A stretch of DNA of 64,000 bases. Source: an uncultured Chloroflexia bacterium. GTDB taxonomy: Bacteria; Chloroflexota; Anaerolineae; B4-G1; SLSP01. The notes below the pieces were generated by a model. The model saw nothing but the letters and a program-made list of their open reading frames with translations, searched no databases and was not told the origin of the DNA. The DNA is taken from the NCBI GenBank assembly GCA_963751345.1, contig CAVVUS010000023.1, positions 96,001 to 160,000 on the forward strand, in the 5' to 3' direction. Below, in pieces: positions 20,921-33,018 of this stretch; the first letter of the stretch is position 1, and each line of letters opens with the position of its first letter. The translations under genes were made by a program, and so were the position numbers.

Positions 20921-21730
20921 ATGGCTGATGTCACGGATCGAAACCCCGAAGAGGCCCGTGATGCCTATTTCGATATGCTGGCCGATTTCGGGGTGACAAA
21001 GCACATAGGCAGCCTGACCGCCACCGATATGCTGATTGCGCGGTGTCACATCGGTCCGGGCTCGCACGTCTTGGACGTCGGATGCGGTACCGGACTGACG
21101 CCCTGCTATCTCACGCGAAAGCTCGGGTGCCGCGTGGTGGGCATCGATCTCTCGCGGAAGATGGTGGCCCGAGCGCAGGACGAAGTCGCACGCCGCGGGG
21201 TTGCCGACCTAGTCGGTCTGAGTGTGGGCAACGCGTTGGCTCTGCCCTTTGAGGCCGCGTGCTTTGATGCTGTCATCGTCGAGTCAGTGAACGTCTTCCT
21301 TGACGATCCGTCGGTCGCCTTCGCCGAGTACGTTCGGGTGACGGCTCCGGGCGGCTACGTCGGGATCACGGAATCGACCTGGATGGAGCCGCCGACCAAG
21401 AAGGCTGTTGAGTTCATGTCAAGTGTCGGCGGCCTTCCGATGCAGGCGGAGGCGTGGGTGAGGTATCTCGATCAAGCGGGCCTGGTCGAGATTTTTGCGC
21501 ACTCGCAGCCTGTCGACGCGCTCGATGAGGCGAGGGGACGTCTTCGGCGGTACGGATGTCGGAGTATGCTCGCTGCACTCGTGCGTGCCGGCCCGGTACT
21601 CTTCGGCAGTCGACGGTCGCGCGAACTTATGCGGCAGGCGACGGCATCGGCACCACGAGGGATTCAGCGCTTGATGGGATACGGGGTCTATGTCGGACGA
21701 AAGCCTCCCGAGAGCGACATCTCCATTTGA
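20921..21730 (+). CDS. Class I SAM-dependent methyltransferase
   Basis: VLDVGCGTG, GIDLS, LPFEAACFDAV, RVTAPGG. Confidence 0.9.
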   Translation: MADVTDRNPEEARDAYFDMLADFGVTKHIGSLTATDMLIARCHIGPGSHVLDVGCGTGLTPCYLTRKLGCRVVGIDLSRKMVARAQDEVARRGVADLVGLSVGNALALPFEAACFDAVIVESVNVFLDDPSVAFAEYVRVTAPGGYVGITESTWMEPPTKKAVEFMSSVGGLPMQAEAWVRYLDQAGLVEIFAHSQPVDALDEARGRLRRYGCRSMLAALVRAGPVLFGSRRSRELMRQATASAPRGIQRLMGYGVYVGRKPPESDISI

Positions 21731-21773
21731 CCAAGAAATCTGTACTTACACACATACCGACGAGGAGAACCTT

Positions 21774-22985
21774 ATGACTAACCAGCTGCTGGACGAAGGT
21801 GAGGGCATTCTGCGATTGGCACCAACCTGGGTGCCACGATCGTTCTGCATTCCCGGTAAGCGAGTCAAGCTCCATCCGGATGACTACTACGCCTTTGGCG
21901 CGAGCCGCGGGGGCATCGACGAGCGCTGGTTCTCGTCGACCACCAAGGCCGACAACGGACCGCTAACCACACCCGACGAGGGTCTGAGCTACGTCCTATA
22001 CGGCGACGATGCTGCGCCCGACCGGGTGCTGTTCAGGGACGTGGTCGACGATCTCGGCGCCGAACTGCTAGGCGACGCGCTGTGGGACAGGTTTCACGCG
22101 TGGCCGATGTACTCCAAGTTCTTCGACAATGAGGGCCCTCTGCCGCATCATCTCCACCAGATGCCGGAACACGCGGCGAACGTGGGAGCGGAGTCCAAGC
22201 CCGAAGGGTACTACTTCCCGCCGCAGCTCAACAACCACGGGGGCACGTTCCCCTACACGTTCTTCGGGCTCGAGCCGGGCACGACCAAGGCACAGGTGAA
22301 GCAGTGCCTGGCAGACTGGGAGAAGGGGGATAATCATATCACCGACCTCTCCAGGGCCTATCGCCTGCGTCCAGGCACCGGATGGTACGTGCCCGCAGGC
22401 CTCCTCCACGCACCCGGCAGCCTCTGCACCTATGAACCGCAGTGGGCCAGCGACGTCTTCTCGATGTTCCAGTCGCTCGTGAGCGACGTGCCCATCGATC
22501 GCGACTTGCTGGTGAAGGACGTGCCCGAGGACAAGAAGGACGACCTCGACTATATCGTGTCCATGGTCGATTGGCCGATGAACACCAATCCGGATCTGGC
22601 CGAAGCGCATTTCCGCCGGCCGAGGCCGGTCCGCCCGATCAAGGAGATGGAGGACGCAGGTTACGTCGAGAAGTGGGTCGTCTATGGCAGCGAGTTCGTC
22701 TCGGCTAAGGAACTGACGGTCCTCCCGGGCCGCGAGGCTCTCATCCGCGATGCCGGCCCCTACGGACTGATTGTGTTGCAGGGACACGGCACGCTCGGGT
22801 CGTGGCCGATCGAGGCCCCGGCGCTGATCCGTTTCGGCCAACTGACGCATGACGAGTATTTCGTCTCCTGTCATGCGGCCCAAGAAGGCGTGCTCATCAA
22901 GAACCCCAGTACCACCGATCCCATCGTGATGCTGAAGCACTTCGGGGTCAATCCGGAGGCGCCGCAGTCTGCAAGCCTTACTTGA
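21774..22985 (+). CDS. Cupin-fold protein, mannose-6-phosphate isomerase-like
   Basis: GGIDERW, SKFFDN..PLPHHLHQ, KPEGYYF, VPAGLLHAPG..YEPQWASD; RBS GAGGAG. Confidence 0.7.
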   Translation: MTNQLLDEGEGILRLAPTWVPRSFCIPGKRVKLHPDDYYAFGASRGGIDERWFSSTTKADNGPLTTPDEGLSYVLYGDDAAPDRVLFRDVVDDLGAELLGDALWDRFHAWPMYSKFFDNEGPLPHHLHQMPEHAANVGAESKPEGYYFPPQLNNHGGTFPYTFFGLEPGTTKAQVKQCLADWEKGDNHITDLSRAYRLRPGTGWYVPAGLLHAPGSLCTYEPQWASDVFSMFQSLVSDVPIDRDLLVKDVPEDKKDDLDYIVSMVDWPMNTNPDLAEAHFRRPRPVRPIKEMEDAGYVEKWVVYGSEFVSAKELTVLPGREALIRDAGPYGLIVLQGHGTLGSWPIEAPALIRFGQLTHDEYFVSCHAAQEGVLIKNPSTTDPIVMLKHFGVNPEAPQSASLT

Positions 22986-23010
22986 CACACCTTTGTTTCA
23001 TTTGTATAAT
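22982..23010 (+). promoter_or_regulatory. Consensus sigma70 promoter of the DeoR operon, overlapped by a likely operator
   Basis: TTGACA(22982-22987)-17 nt-TATAAT(23005-23010); inverted TTTCATTTG/CAAATGAAA around the -10. Confidence 0.85.
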
Positions 23011-23028
23011 GAAAGCAAATGAAAGTGA

Positions 23029-23803
23029 ATGGGGCTAATCGTGTTCCTTGAGGAGCGCCGGCAGGCGATTGCGGACCTGGTGCAGCGTCACGGGCGTGTG
23101 GAAGTCGGCGAGCTGAGCCAGCGCTTCGAGGTCTCGGGGGCCACGATCCGCGCCGATCTCCAGGCGCTCGCCGAGCAGGGACTGGTCCTGCGGACGTACG
23201 GTGGCGCCATTCCCGGTGGGAGCGGGGCTTTACGAGCTTTCGCTCCTCAAGCGTCGCCAGCAGCAGGTCGCGGAGAAGAGCCGCATCGCGCGTGTCGCGG
23301 CCGATCTCGTCGGGCACGGCGAGGCCGTCTTTATCGACAGCAGCAGTACGGCCCTCGCCATCGTCGGGCACATCAAGCATCGCCGCGACCTCACGGTCGT
23401 CACGAACTGCCTGGCGGTAGCCCAGGAACTCCTGGGACTGCTCAACGTCACCGTGGTGATGCCGGGGGGAACGCTTCATCACGACACAGCCTCCCTCATC
23501 GATACAGGGGGGCTGGCGCTGCTGGGAGACTACAACATTGCCCACGGGTTCTTCGGCGCGCACGGTCTCACTCTCGCGGAAGGGCTCACCGACGTGAGCG
23601 CACCCGAGGCGGAGGTCAAGCGGCCGCTCGTAACGATGTGCCGCCAGGTCGTGGCCGTGCTGGACGCGACGAAGTGGGGGCGCGCGGGTGTGGCCTCCTT
23701 TGCCGAGGTGGCTGACGTGGATATCGTGGTTACCGATGCTGATGCGCCCGGGCCAATGGTGACCCAGGTGCGCAGTTTGGGTGTTGAGGTCGTGCTGGTG
23801 TGA
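23029..23803 (+). CDS. DeoR/GlpR-family transcriptional regulator; frameshift near 23225
   Basis: EERRQAI..ELSQRFEVSGATIRADL..RTYGGA HTH, then FIDSSST, VVTN, DATKWGR sensor domain. Confidence 0.92.
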
Positions 23804-23890
23804 GATCGAAGTCTGAGGTCAGGAGATAGCCTTGGTCAGCGACAATGCAGACGGCATATGGTTCCTGAAGCCCAGGGCAGGAGGTGGTTG

Positions 23891-25082
23891 TTGACCAAGC
23901 GCTGGGATGCCGTGGTGGCAGGGCACATCTGCCTCGACGTGATCCCGGATCTGTCGGGATTGGGAGCAGAGCCGCTCTCCACATTGCTGCGGCCCGGCCA
24001 ACTGGTGGAGGTGGGGAACCCCGCCCTCGCGACGGGCGGCCCAGTCTCAAACACCGGGCTTGCCTTGCACATCCTCGGGGTGAAGACCCAGTTGATGGGC
24101 AAAGTCGGGGATGATCCGCTGGGTCACGTCGTCACGGCAGATTGTGGCCGACCAAGGAGCAGGGCTTGCCGACGGGATGGTCGTCGATCCGGAGGCTGCG
24201 ACTTCCTACTCCATCATCATCAGCCCTCCCGATATCGATCGTATCTTCCTTCATTCTCCCGGTGCCAACAATACCTTCGGTGCCGCCGACGTTCGTTATG
24301 ACGTCGTGGCGCAGGCACGGCTTTTTCACTTCGGCTATCCGCCGCTGATGCGCCGGATCTATGCGGATAACGGCGCGGAGCTGATCGAGATCTACCGCCG
24401 GGTGCGCGCGCTTGAGGTCACGACCTCGCTGGATATGGCGGTCCCGGATCCCGCGACCGATGCGGGGCGCGCTGATTGGGTCACGATCCTCGAGGGCGTG
24501 CTGCCATTTGTCGACGTCTTCCTGCCCAGCGTAGAGGAGATCCTCTTCATGCTGCGCCGCCCGCAGTACGAGGCGCTTGTGCGTGAGGCGAAGGGGGGGA
24601 GCCTGTTACCCCTCGTAACGCCGGCGCTGTTGTCCGACCTCGGCGAGGAGCTTCTGTCGATGGGCGGGCGCGTGGTAGGGTTGAAGTTGGGGGATCGCGG
24701 GTTCTACTTGAGAACCGCGAGTGAAGCGGCGATTGCGGAGATGGGGGCAGCAGCCCCGGCTGACCCCGAGGATTGGGCCGACCGCGAACTGTGGGTCCCC
24801 TGTTTCAAGGTGGACGTCGTGGGCACCACAGGTGCGGGCGACGCTACCATCGCGGGCTTCCTTGCGGCGCTGCTGCGGGGATTGCCTGTGAAGGATGCCG
24901 CAAGGATGGCGGTCGCCGTTGGCGCCTGCAACGTCGAGGCCGCCGACGCCCTCGGCGGGTTGCGCTCCTGGGAGGAGACCGAAGCGCGCGTCGCCGCAGG
25001 ATGGCCACAGCGTGAGCTGACCCTCACAGAACCAGGCTGGCATCGCGATCCGGCTCACGGCCTCTGGGAGCGTGTACGATGA
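23891..25082 (+). CDS. PfkB-family carbohydrate kinase; frameshift near 24135
   Basis: AGHICLD, TGGPVSNTG, GKVGDD, VVGTTGAGDATIAGF. Confidence 0.9.
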
Positions 25083-26309
25083 CGGCCGATCACGTGGGCG
25101 TCTCCACCTTGGTGCGTTCAGCCGTTCCAACGTCCGTTATATTCGGCGCGGGGAGTGTGGGGCGGGGCTTCCTGGGCCAGCTCTTCACCGAATCGGGTTA
25201 CAAGGTCATCTTCGTGGACGTGGATGCTCCTCTGGTCGCGGCGCTCGCATGACCGCGGCGCCTATACGCTACGGCTTTCCGGGATCGTGAAGGTCGAGGA
25301 TCGCGTGATTGCGCCGGTGACGGCCGTCGACGGTCGAGATGCCGACCGAGTCGCTGAGGCCGTTGCAGGAGCGTCGCTGATCGCCACAGCGGTAGGGGCG
25401 CGAGCCCTGCGGGCTATCGCAGGTCCGATGGCTCGCGGGCTGGCAGAGCGTTTCCAGGATCCGGCAGCAGCGCCGCTCAACGTGATCATCTGCGAGAACC
25501 TGCACGATGCGCCGGAACAGCTTCGGGGTTTTGTCACCGAGGCAATGTCCCGTGAGGCGTGGGGAAGGGTGGCGGGGAGCGCCGGTTTTGTCCCGGCAGT
25601 GATCGCGCGGATGTCGCCTGTTCCCACGCCGGAGCAGCGCGAGGCCGACGTGTCGTTGATCGTAGCCGAGCCCTACAAGGTGCTGCCGGTGGATCGCGAT
25701 GCCTTTGTAGGACCGATACCCCACGTGGTCGGGATGGAGGCGGTGTCCCCATTCGAGGCCTATACTGCGCGCAAACTGTATATTCACAACGCGGCCCACG
25801 CACTCCTGGGATACCTGGGCTACCAGCGCGGGCACGCATATGGCTACGAGGCGCTGGATGATCCGTGGGTGGCCTCGCGGCTGGACCTCGGGCTAAGCGA
25901 ATCGTCGCGGGCGTTGATCGCCGAGTTCGACTTCGAGCCGGTAGCGCTTCGAGAGCACATTGACTATCTGTTGGTAAGGTTCGCCAATCGGGCACTGGCC
26001 GATCCCGTAGACCGGTTGGCGCGGGATCCTCTGCGCAAGCTATCGCCGGGCGACCGGCTCGTGGGCGCAGCACGCCTCGCGGAGCGCCACGGCATCCGCG
26101 TCGACGGGTTAGCGTGGGGCATTGCTGCTGCGCTGGCCTACGTGGATCCCTACGACGCACACGCCGTCGCGCTGCAGGACCGGATTGGGGACGAAGGTAT
26201 CGAGGAGACGCTGCGCTCGGTGTGTGCCATCGACGCCGACGAGGCGCTTGGCGACCTCGTCCTGCGGCGGTACCGTGAGTTGGCGACGTTGTCTCACCGT
26301 GATGTGTGA
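25079..26309 (+). CDS. Mannitol-1-phosphate 5-dehydrogenase-like polyol-phosphate dehydrogenase; frameshift near 25250
   Basis: IFGAGSVGRGFLG, ATAVG, IICEN, RKLYIHNAAH, RFANRAL.D..RLARDPLRKL...DRL. Confidence 0.85.
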
Positions 26310-26342
26310 GGGGTTGTGTCACTACGCAATAAAGGAGAAGAG

Positions 26343-28408
26343 ATGGGCACTTCGACGGAGACGCTCAGCAGCTTGACCAAGGACGAAGCGCTTGAACTGC
26401 TGAAGGAGATGTGGGCGATTCGCTACTTTGAAAACGAAGTCTACGATCTGTTGGGGCAAAACAAGATCAAGGGGGCCTCGCACCTCTACGCCGGCGAGGA
26501 AGCAGTCGCGGTCGGGGCGATGTCCACACTGCAGGACGATGACCTGATTACGTCGACGCATCGCGGGCACGGTCACTGCTATGCGCGGGGCGCCATCGCG
26601 GCCAAGACGGATGAGGAGCACCAGACTCACTATAACAAGATGCTGGCTGAGCTCTGCGGCCGCACCACAGGTTACTCGGCGGGCCGGGGCGGGTCGATGC
26701 ACATCGCCGACGTCCAGAACGGCAACCTGGGTGCCACCGGCATCGTGGGTGGCAACATTCCAGTGGCGACAGGGGCCGGGCTCGTCCAGAAGATGAAGAA
26801 GACGGGCAACGTGGTCCTCTGCTTCTTCGGCGACGGGGCCACGAACACGGGCAACTTCCACGAGTCGCTGAACATGGCGGCGCTGTGGAACCTGCCGGTG
26901 GTCTACATCATCGAGAACAACCTCTACGGCATGTCGGTGCCTATCCAGACACGCTGCAGCGAAGCTCGACATCGCGCAGCGCGGGTGTGCCTACGGCATC
27001 GAGAACGAGGTCGTCGACGGGATGGATGTGATGGCGGTCCGTGAAGCCGTCGGTCGGGCGGTCGAGCACGCCCGCGAGCGGCCAGGGACCCTATCTGCAT
27101 CGAGGCCAAGACCTATCGCTGGTATCGGGCACTCCCGCTCGGATCCGCGTGCCTATCGCACGAAGGAGGAGGAGGCGGAATGGAAGGCACGAGATCCCAT
27201 TCCCAACTTCGCGGCGCTGCTGGTGAACGCCGGGATCGCGACGGAGGATGAGATCGACGCCGTTGAGCAGTACGTTGAGAAGGCGATCGAGGTGGCCACC
27301 GAGTTCTCCTTGGGCTCGCCAATGCCGCTGGCGGAGGAGTTGGAGAGATTCGTCTTCGCACCGTTCAAGTGGTCACAAGCAGACATCGACCGCGAGAAGG
27401 TGCTTCGCGAGCTTGCCCGCAAGGGAGGACCCGGCACCCACGCGGCAGAGTATCGCCAGGCGCTGCAAGAGGCGATGCGTGAGGAGATGCTGCGCGACGA
27501 CGACGTTTTCCTGATGGGCGAGGACATCGGGCTGTACGGCGGTGCCTATGGCGCGACCCGGGGGCTGTTCAACGAGTTTGGTGGCGAGCGGGTGCTCGAC
27601 ACGCCGATCTCCGAGGCCGGGATCGCAGGCGTCGCTGTAGGTGCCGCGATGGCGGGGATGCGCCCGATGGTCGAGATCATGTACGTCGACTTCACGCCGT
27701 TGGCGATGGATCAGATCGCCAACCAGGGCGCCAAGAATCGCTTCATGTTCGGCGGCAAGACCACGGTCCCGGTCGTCGTGCGCACCGAGGGTGGCGCGGG
27801 CCGCAGCATCGCGGCGCACCACTCGCAATCGCTGGAGTCGCTGTGGACGCACTTTCCCGGGCATCTACGTGGTGATGCCGAGCACGCCCTACGATGCCAA
27901 GGGGCTGCTGAAGGCTGCCATCCGCGACGACAACCCCGTGATGTTCATCGAGCACAAGATGCTCTACGGTGTCAAGGGTAACGTCCCCGACGAGGACTAC
28001 ATCATCCCCTACGGTGTGGCCGACGTGAAGCGCGAGGGAACGGACGTCACCGTCATTACGTACTCGCGTATGGTCCACCGGTCGCTGGAGGCGGCAGAGA
28101 AGCTGGCCGAGGAGGGTGTCAGCGTCGAGGTGATCGACCTGCGCACGCTCAAGCCTCTGGATATGGCCACGATTGCGACGTCGGTACAGAAGACGGGACG
28201 AGTGATCGGCGTGACAGAGTCCTATCCGACCAACTCGTTCATCAGCGAGATCGCCGCCCGCGTCCAGGAGGAGCTCTTCGACTGGCTCGACGCGCCGGTC
28301 ATCCGCGTCTCGGCCAGGGATGTGCCGGTGCCTATGAGCGAGACACTAGAGGACGCCGATATACCGAGTGTGGACAGGATCGCCGACGCTATCCGCGGCA
28401 TACTGTAA
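26343..28408 (+). CDS. 2-oxoacid/acetoin dehydrogenase E1, alpha-beta fusion; several frameshifts
   Basis: HLYAGEEA, STHRGHGH, GDGA..NN TPP motif, GHSRSDP, then MGEDIG, DTPISE, HSQSLE, IEHK, IDLRTLKPLD; the alpha C-terminus and beta N-terminus share one frame (27022..27981). Confidence 0.88.
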
Positions 28409-28419
28409 AGGGGGATACG

Positions 28420-29794
28420 ATGGCCTATGAGATCATACTGCCCAAACTGGGGCAGACCGTGGAGGAGAGTCGACTCGTCGAGTGGCTCAAGGCGGAGGGT
28501 GACACCGTCGATCGAGGCGACGTGCTCTTTACGGTGGAGACCGACAAGGCGGTGCTCGACGTCGAAGCCACGCGTAAGGGCTATCTGCGAAAGATCCTCG
28601 TGCCTGGAGGTGAGACCGTCCCGGTGTTGACGGTGGTGGGATTGATCACGCGGACGGCCGACGAGTCCCTTGAGGAGGCGGCCCCACCGGCGGATGCAGC
28701 CGCATCGCCCACGGCAGGAGAGGTGGCGACCGGCTGTGCCGGCTGTTATGGAGGCGCCTACGCCAGACGCGGAGGCGGTGCCAACAGGGCGCGTGTTCTC
28801 ATCGCCTCGCGCTCGAAAGGCGGCGCGTGAGCACGGCGTGGACATCAGTGCGGTGGACGGCACCGGGCCGAACGGACGAGTCGTAGAGCGCGATGTCCTT
28901 GCTTACGCGGTGTCGAGGCCCAAGGCGACGCCTGTAGCCCGCCACGTGGCGGAGCAGCTTGGCGTTGACCTCGCCCAGGTCTCCGGTACCGGACCGCGCG
29001 GACGGGTCACGAAGGCCGATGTCCAGGCTATGGCCGGAGCGGCGGCGCCTGTGCCCGTCGCACCCGAGCCCGTGACCGCGCCTGCACCCGCTGCGCCAGA
29101 GGAGGCTCTGGCCGAGGTGCCGTTGACCGGGGTCCGTGGCATCATCGCTCAGCGGATGCACGAGAGCCATGTTGTAACCGCGCCGGTGACGCTGACGATG
29201 GAGGTCGACGCCACGGCGTTCGTGGCGCTGCGTGAGCGGCTGAAGACCAGTCTCGCCGCGGCGCTGGGGTTCAACGTGGGCTACAACGATCTACTCATCG
29301 TAGTGGCGGCAAAGGCGCTGCGTAAGTTCCCCTACGTCAATGCCCGTCTGGACGGCGACGTGATTCACCATCTCGATGCCGTGCATATCGGGTTGGCCGT
29401 CGACACCGAACGGGGCCTCTTGGTCCCGCACGTTGCGGATGCCGACACGAAGGGGTTGACGGAGATCGCGCGCGACGTACGCGCGATGGCCGAGCGGGCG
29501 CGAACCGGCCGGTCGCTGCCGGACGAGCTTTCAGGCGGCACGTTCACGATCACGAACCTCGGGATGTACGACGTGGACGCCTTCACGCCGATCATCAACT
29601 ATCCGGAGACGGCGATCCTGGGCGTTGGACGGATCAAGTCTGTCCCGGCCGTCGTGGATGGCGAGATCGTGGTGCGGCAGAAGACGTGGCTCAGCCTGAC
29701 CTTCGACCACCGTCTGGTCGATGGAGCGCCCGCGGCGAGATTCATGCAGTACATCAAGCAGCTTGTCGAGGAGCCGTTCCTGCTGCTGGCCTGA
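28420..29794 (+). CDS. Dihydrolipoamide acyltransferase (E2); frameshift near 28735
   Basis: Lipoyl VETDKA, two E3-binding repeats (SPRARK..GTGPNGR; ATPVAR..GTGPRGR), catalytic DHRLVDG. Confidence 0.92.
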
Positions 29795-29809
29795 CGATCT
29801 CGGTTCCGC

Positions 29810-29878
29810 GGACCTTGCGGAGGTTCAAGCTCGAGACCACCATACGGCCGCCGGCCTGGAGCCGCCTTCGCAAGGTCC
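29810..29878. repeat. REP-like inverted pair between convergent genes
   Basis: GGACCTTGCGGAGG ... CCTTCGCAAGGTCC. Confidence 0.6.
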
Positions 29879-29883
29879 GTCGG

Positions 29884-31182
29884 CTACGTCCGCCGTCCGT
29901 GGCAGTGCTTGAACTTCTTGCCGCTGCCGCACGGGCAGAGATCGTTGCGGTTGGCAGCGGCGAAGGCCTTCTCCATCTCCAGATCGACCGCGTTGATGCG
30001 CTGCATTACGTTCGCGGGGGCCCGTTGGTGGCGGAGTTCCTCTGCCATCAAACCGCATCGGCTCATCGATGTGTGCGAAGAAGGCCTTGTAGCCGTCGCA
30101 CAGGTAGCTGAGCGGCGCTTCACTCTCTGATGTCACCACGATCCGGTTCTTCGGGCACGCTCCGTTGCAGATGAAGCGTACCTCGCAGTCCAGGCACTGC
30201 GCCGGCAACGTGTCCAGCTTGGCCCTACCGAAGGCGCGCTGCTGTTCGGAGGCGACGAGGTCGATCATCGGCGTCTCCATAATGTTTCCGAGCCGATAGT
30301 GTGGCTCGACGTAGTGATCGCATGCGTAGAGATCGCCGTTATGCTCCATGGCCAGACCCAGTCCACAGGTGGGCTCGAATACGCAGAGGCCCGGTCGCTG
30401 GCCTGTCCACGCCGCCAGCGCCACGTCAAAGATCTGGACGAAGACGCGGCCGACATCGTGACGTACCCACTCATCGAAGACACCGATGAGGAAGTCGCCA
30501 TACTGAGGACCCGTCACCGAGTGGTCCGTCACTTCGAGACCTTCCTGGTGCCCCGTCTCATTGTCGCGCCGGACGATTGGGATGAACTGGACAAACTCGC
30601 CCCTGCCTCGTCACGGAAGAATCGGTAGACATCCGTAGGGTGGGTGGCGTTTGCGCTATGCACAGTACAGAGGATGTTGACTTCCACCTCGCTGGCCCGC
30701 AGGGTTCGGAGCCCGCGCATCACGCGATCCCACGTTGGCCCGCCCCCTTTGTCCCGTCGGTAGGCGTCATGCATGGGCTGGGGGCCGTCGAGGCTGAGTC
30801 CGATCAGGAAGTTGTGTTCGGCGAAGAAGTGCCCCCACGCGTCATCGACGAGTGTGCCATTGGTCTGAAGGGTGTTGATGATCCGCATGCCCGGCCGGCG
30901 ATACTTCTCCTGGTAGGCAACGGCGCGCTCGTAGAACTCGATACCCATCAACAGCGGCTCGCCACCCTGCCAGCCGAAGGTCACCTCGGGAACCTGCTGG
31001 GCCTCGATATACTGGCGGGTGAAGCTCTCCAGCACCTCGTCCGGCATCTGGAATGCGCTGCCGGGGTACATCTGCGCCTTGGGGAGGTAGTAGCAGTAGC
31101 CGCAGTTCAGGTTGCAGATCGGCCCGCGGGGCTTCGTCATCACGTGGAAGGCTCGCGGCACAGGATTCTGACCGTTCATCAT
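29884..31182 (-). CDS. Anaerobic sulfatase maturase (radical SAM/SPASM) with C-terminal SEC-C motif; frameshifts near 30590 and 30050
   Basis: [67 protein letters not shown]. Confidence 0.92.
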
Positions 31183-33018
31183 AGTCCCCAAAATAACACC
31201 AGTCCGATGAGCAGTGCGATGAAGCAGACGACAGTCAAGGGCCAGCCGACGTTGAAGAAGTCCTTGAACTCGTAGTTGGCCGGTGCGATCATCATGATGT
31301 TGACCGGGTGGGCGATGGGTGTGAAGAAGGCCGCGGAACACCCGGTGGCGGTAGCCACGGCGATCGCCTGGACGTTTGTGTTGAGTTGCAGGGCCGCGCT
31401 GATCATGATCGGCGCCGTCACCAGACCCGTCACCTGGCCGCCCATTATCTGCGTCAGCAGGCCCGTGAGGAGATATGCGCCCGCGGCCAGCCCCAGCGGT
31501 CCTAGAGGGGCCGTGATGGCGACCACGCCTTCACCGATTCGCTGGGCGAGCCCAGTCTGAACCATAGAGAGGCTCACGGAGTACATCCCGGCGATCAGGA
31601 AGATGGCTTCCCAGTTGATTGCCCGGTAGGCCTGCTCCATGTTCAGGATCCCCGTGACGAGCAAGACCAGCGCCGCCGCCAACATCGCGAGATGCACCGG
31701 CACACCGAGGGCTGATGCGATGATCCCGGCGGCCGTCACGCCGATTGTCAGGCCGGCTTCCCACCGCTGCACGGGCTCGTCACTCGTATCGAGCTCCAGG
31801 ACAACGAAGTCGGGGCTCGCTCGCAGCCGATCGAGCTTGTCGACCGGGCCGATCATCAGCAGCGAGTCCCCCATCTCCAGCTCGAAATCGCCCACGCTTG
31901 TACGACAGCTTCGACCGTCACGGCACAGGGCCAGCACCGTATAGTCGTACTGGGTGCGAAACTCCAGTTCGCGTAAGGTGCGACCCAGTGCCTCCGAACG
32001 CGGCGCCACCAGAGTTTCAACCAAGGTAACACCGTGGGCGCTGATGTGGTTGTTCCCGGTCTCGCGTCTGATCTGCACACCTGTTCGGGCGAGCCTGACG
32101 TATCCGTTCCTCTCGCCCTATCACGAGCAGCGTATCCCCAGGCTGTGTGATCTGCTCAGGCGATGGTGCGTAGATTGACTGCTGACCATTCCATATCCCC
32201 ACGACGGTCAACCCCAGCGTCTCACCGATGCGGCTGTCGATGAGGGACTTGTGAGCAAGTTCCGACTCGGGCGTGATGACTACTTCCCAGAGCCTTTCGC
32301 CAAGTTGGTAGTACTCCTCCAGTTGCCTGCTCGTGTAGTGCGTCATCATGAGTTCCGAAGGCGGGTTCCGGTTGGGCAGCAGCCGTGTGCCGAACAGGCC
32401 CAGGAAGGCGATGCCGCCGATGAGGATGAAGATGCCGGTCGGAAAGAAGTCGAGGATTCCCAGCATCGCTTGGGGCGGATGAGCCGCAGCCAGCAGGTTG
32501 CTGGTGATGATGTTCGCCGTCGCGAAATACGTCGCACTGCCGCCCAACAGACTGCCGTAGGCCACCGGGATGAGCAGTTTGCTCGGCTTGATGTTGGTAC
32601 GACGACAGGTCTCCATCGCGCTCGGCAGCAGCAGGGCGCCGGCCGCAAGATTGTTCATGAAGAGCGAGAGCGTTGCCGTGGTGGCGGTGTAAAGGATGAT
32701 CAGGCGGCGCTCAGATCCGCGACCCAGGTCGATGATCCGATGTGCAAGCCAGCGTGTGACGCCGGACTTCTGGAGTGAGTAGGTGATCATGAACAGGCTT
32801 AGCAGCGTCCAGACGGCCGGCTCGCTGAGGCCCGAAAGCGCCAAGGTGGCAGCCTGAGGCGTGTGCGCCTCACCCAGCAGGCCCAGGCCCAGCAACTGCC
32901 CGATCCCCAGCACGATCGCGATCAGCAGGGCCGCCAGATCCACACGCAGACGATTCCGTGTGACGAAGATCATCGGGATGGTGACGGCCAGGATCAGGAA
33001 AAGCTGTGCCGCCATCAC
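31179..33018 (-). CDS. SLC13-family permease with TrkA-C domains; frameshift near 32090
   Basis: FMNN..GALLLP, PSKLLIPVAYGSLLGG, TPIAHPVN motifs; multiple TM segments. Confidence 0.88.

Noticed and set aside
25250-25252. In-frame TGA in the MtlD-like gene as selenocysteine or readthrough
   Set aside because: The conserved protein continues in a different frame, so this is an indel rather than recoding.
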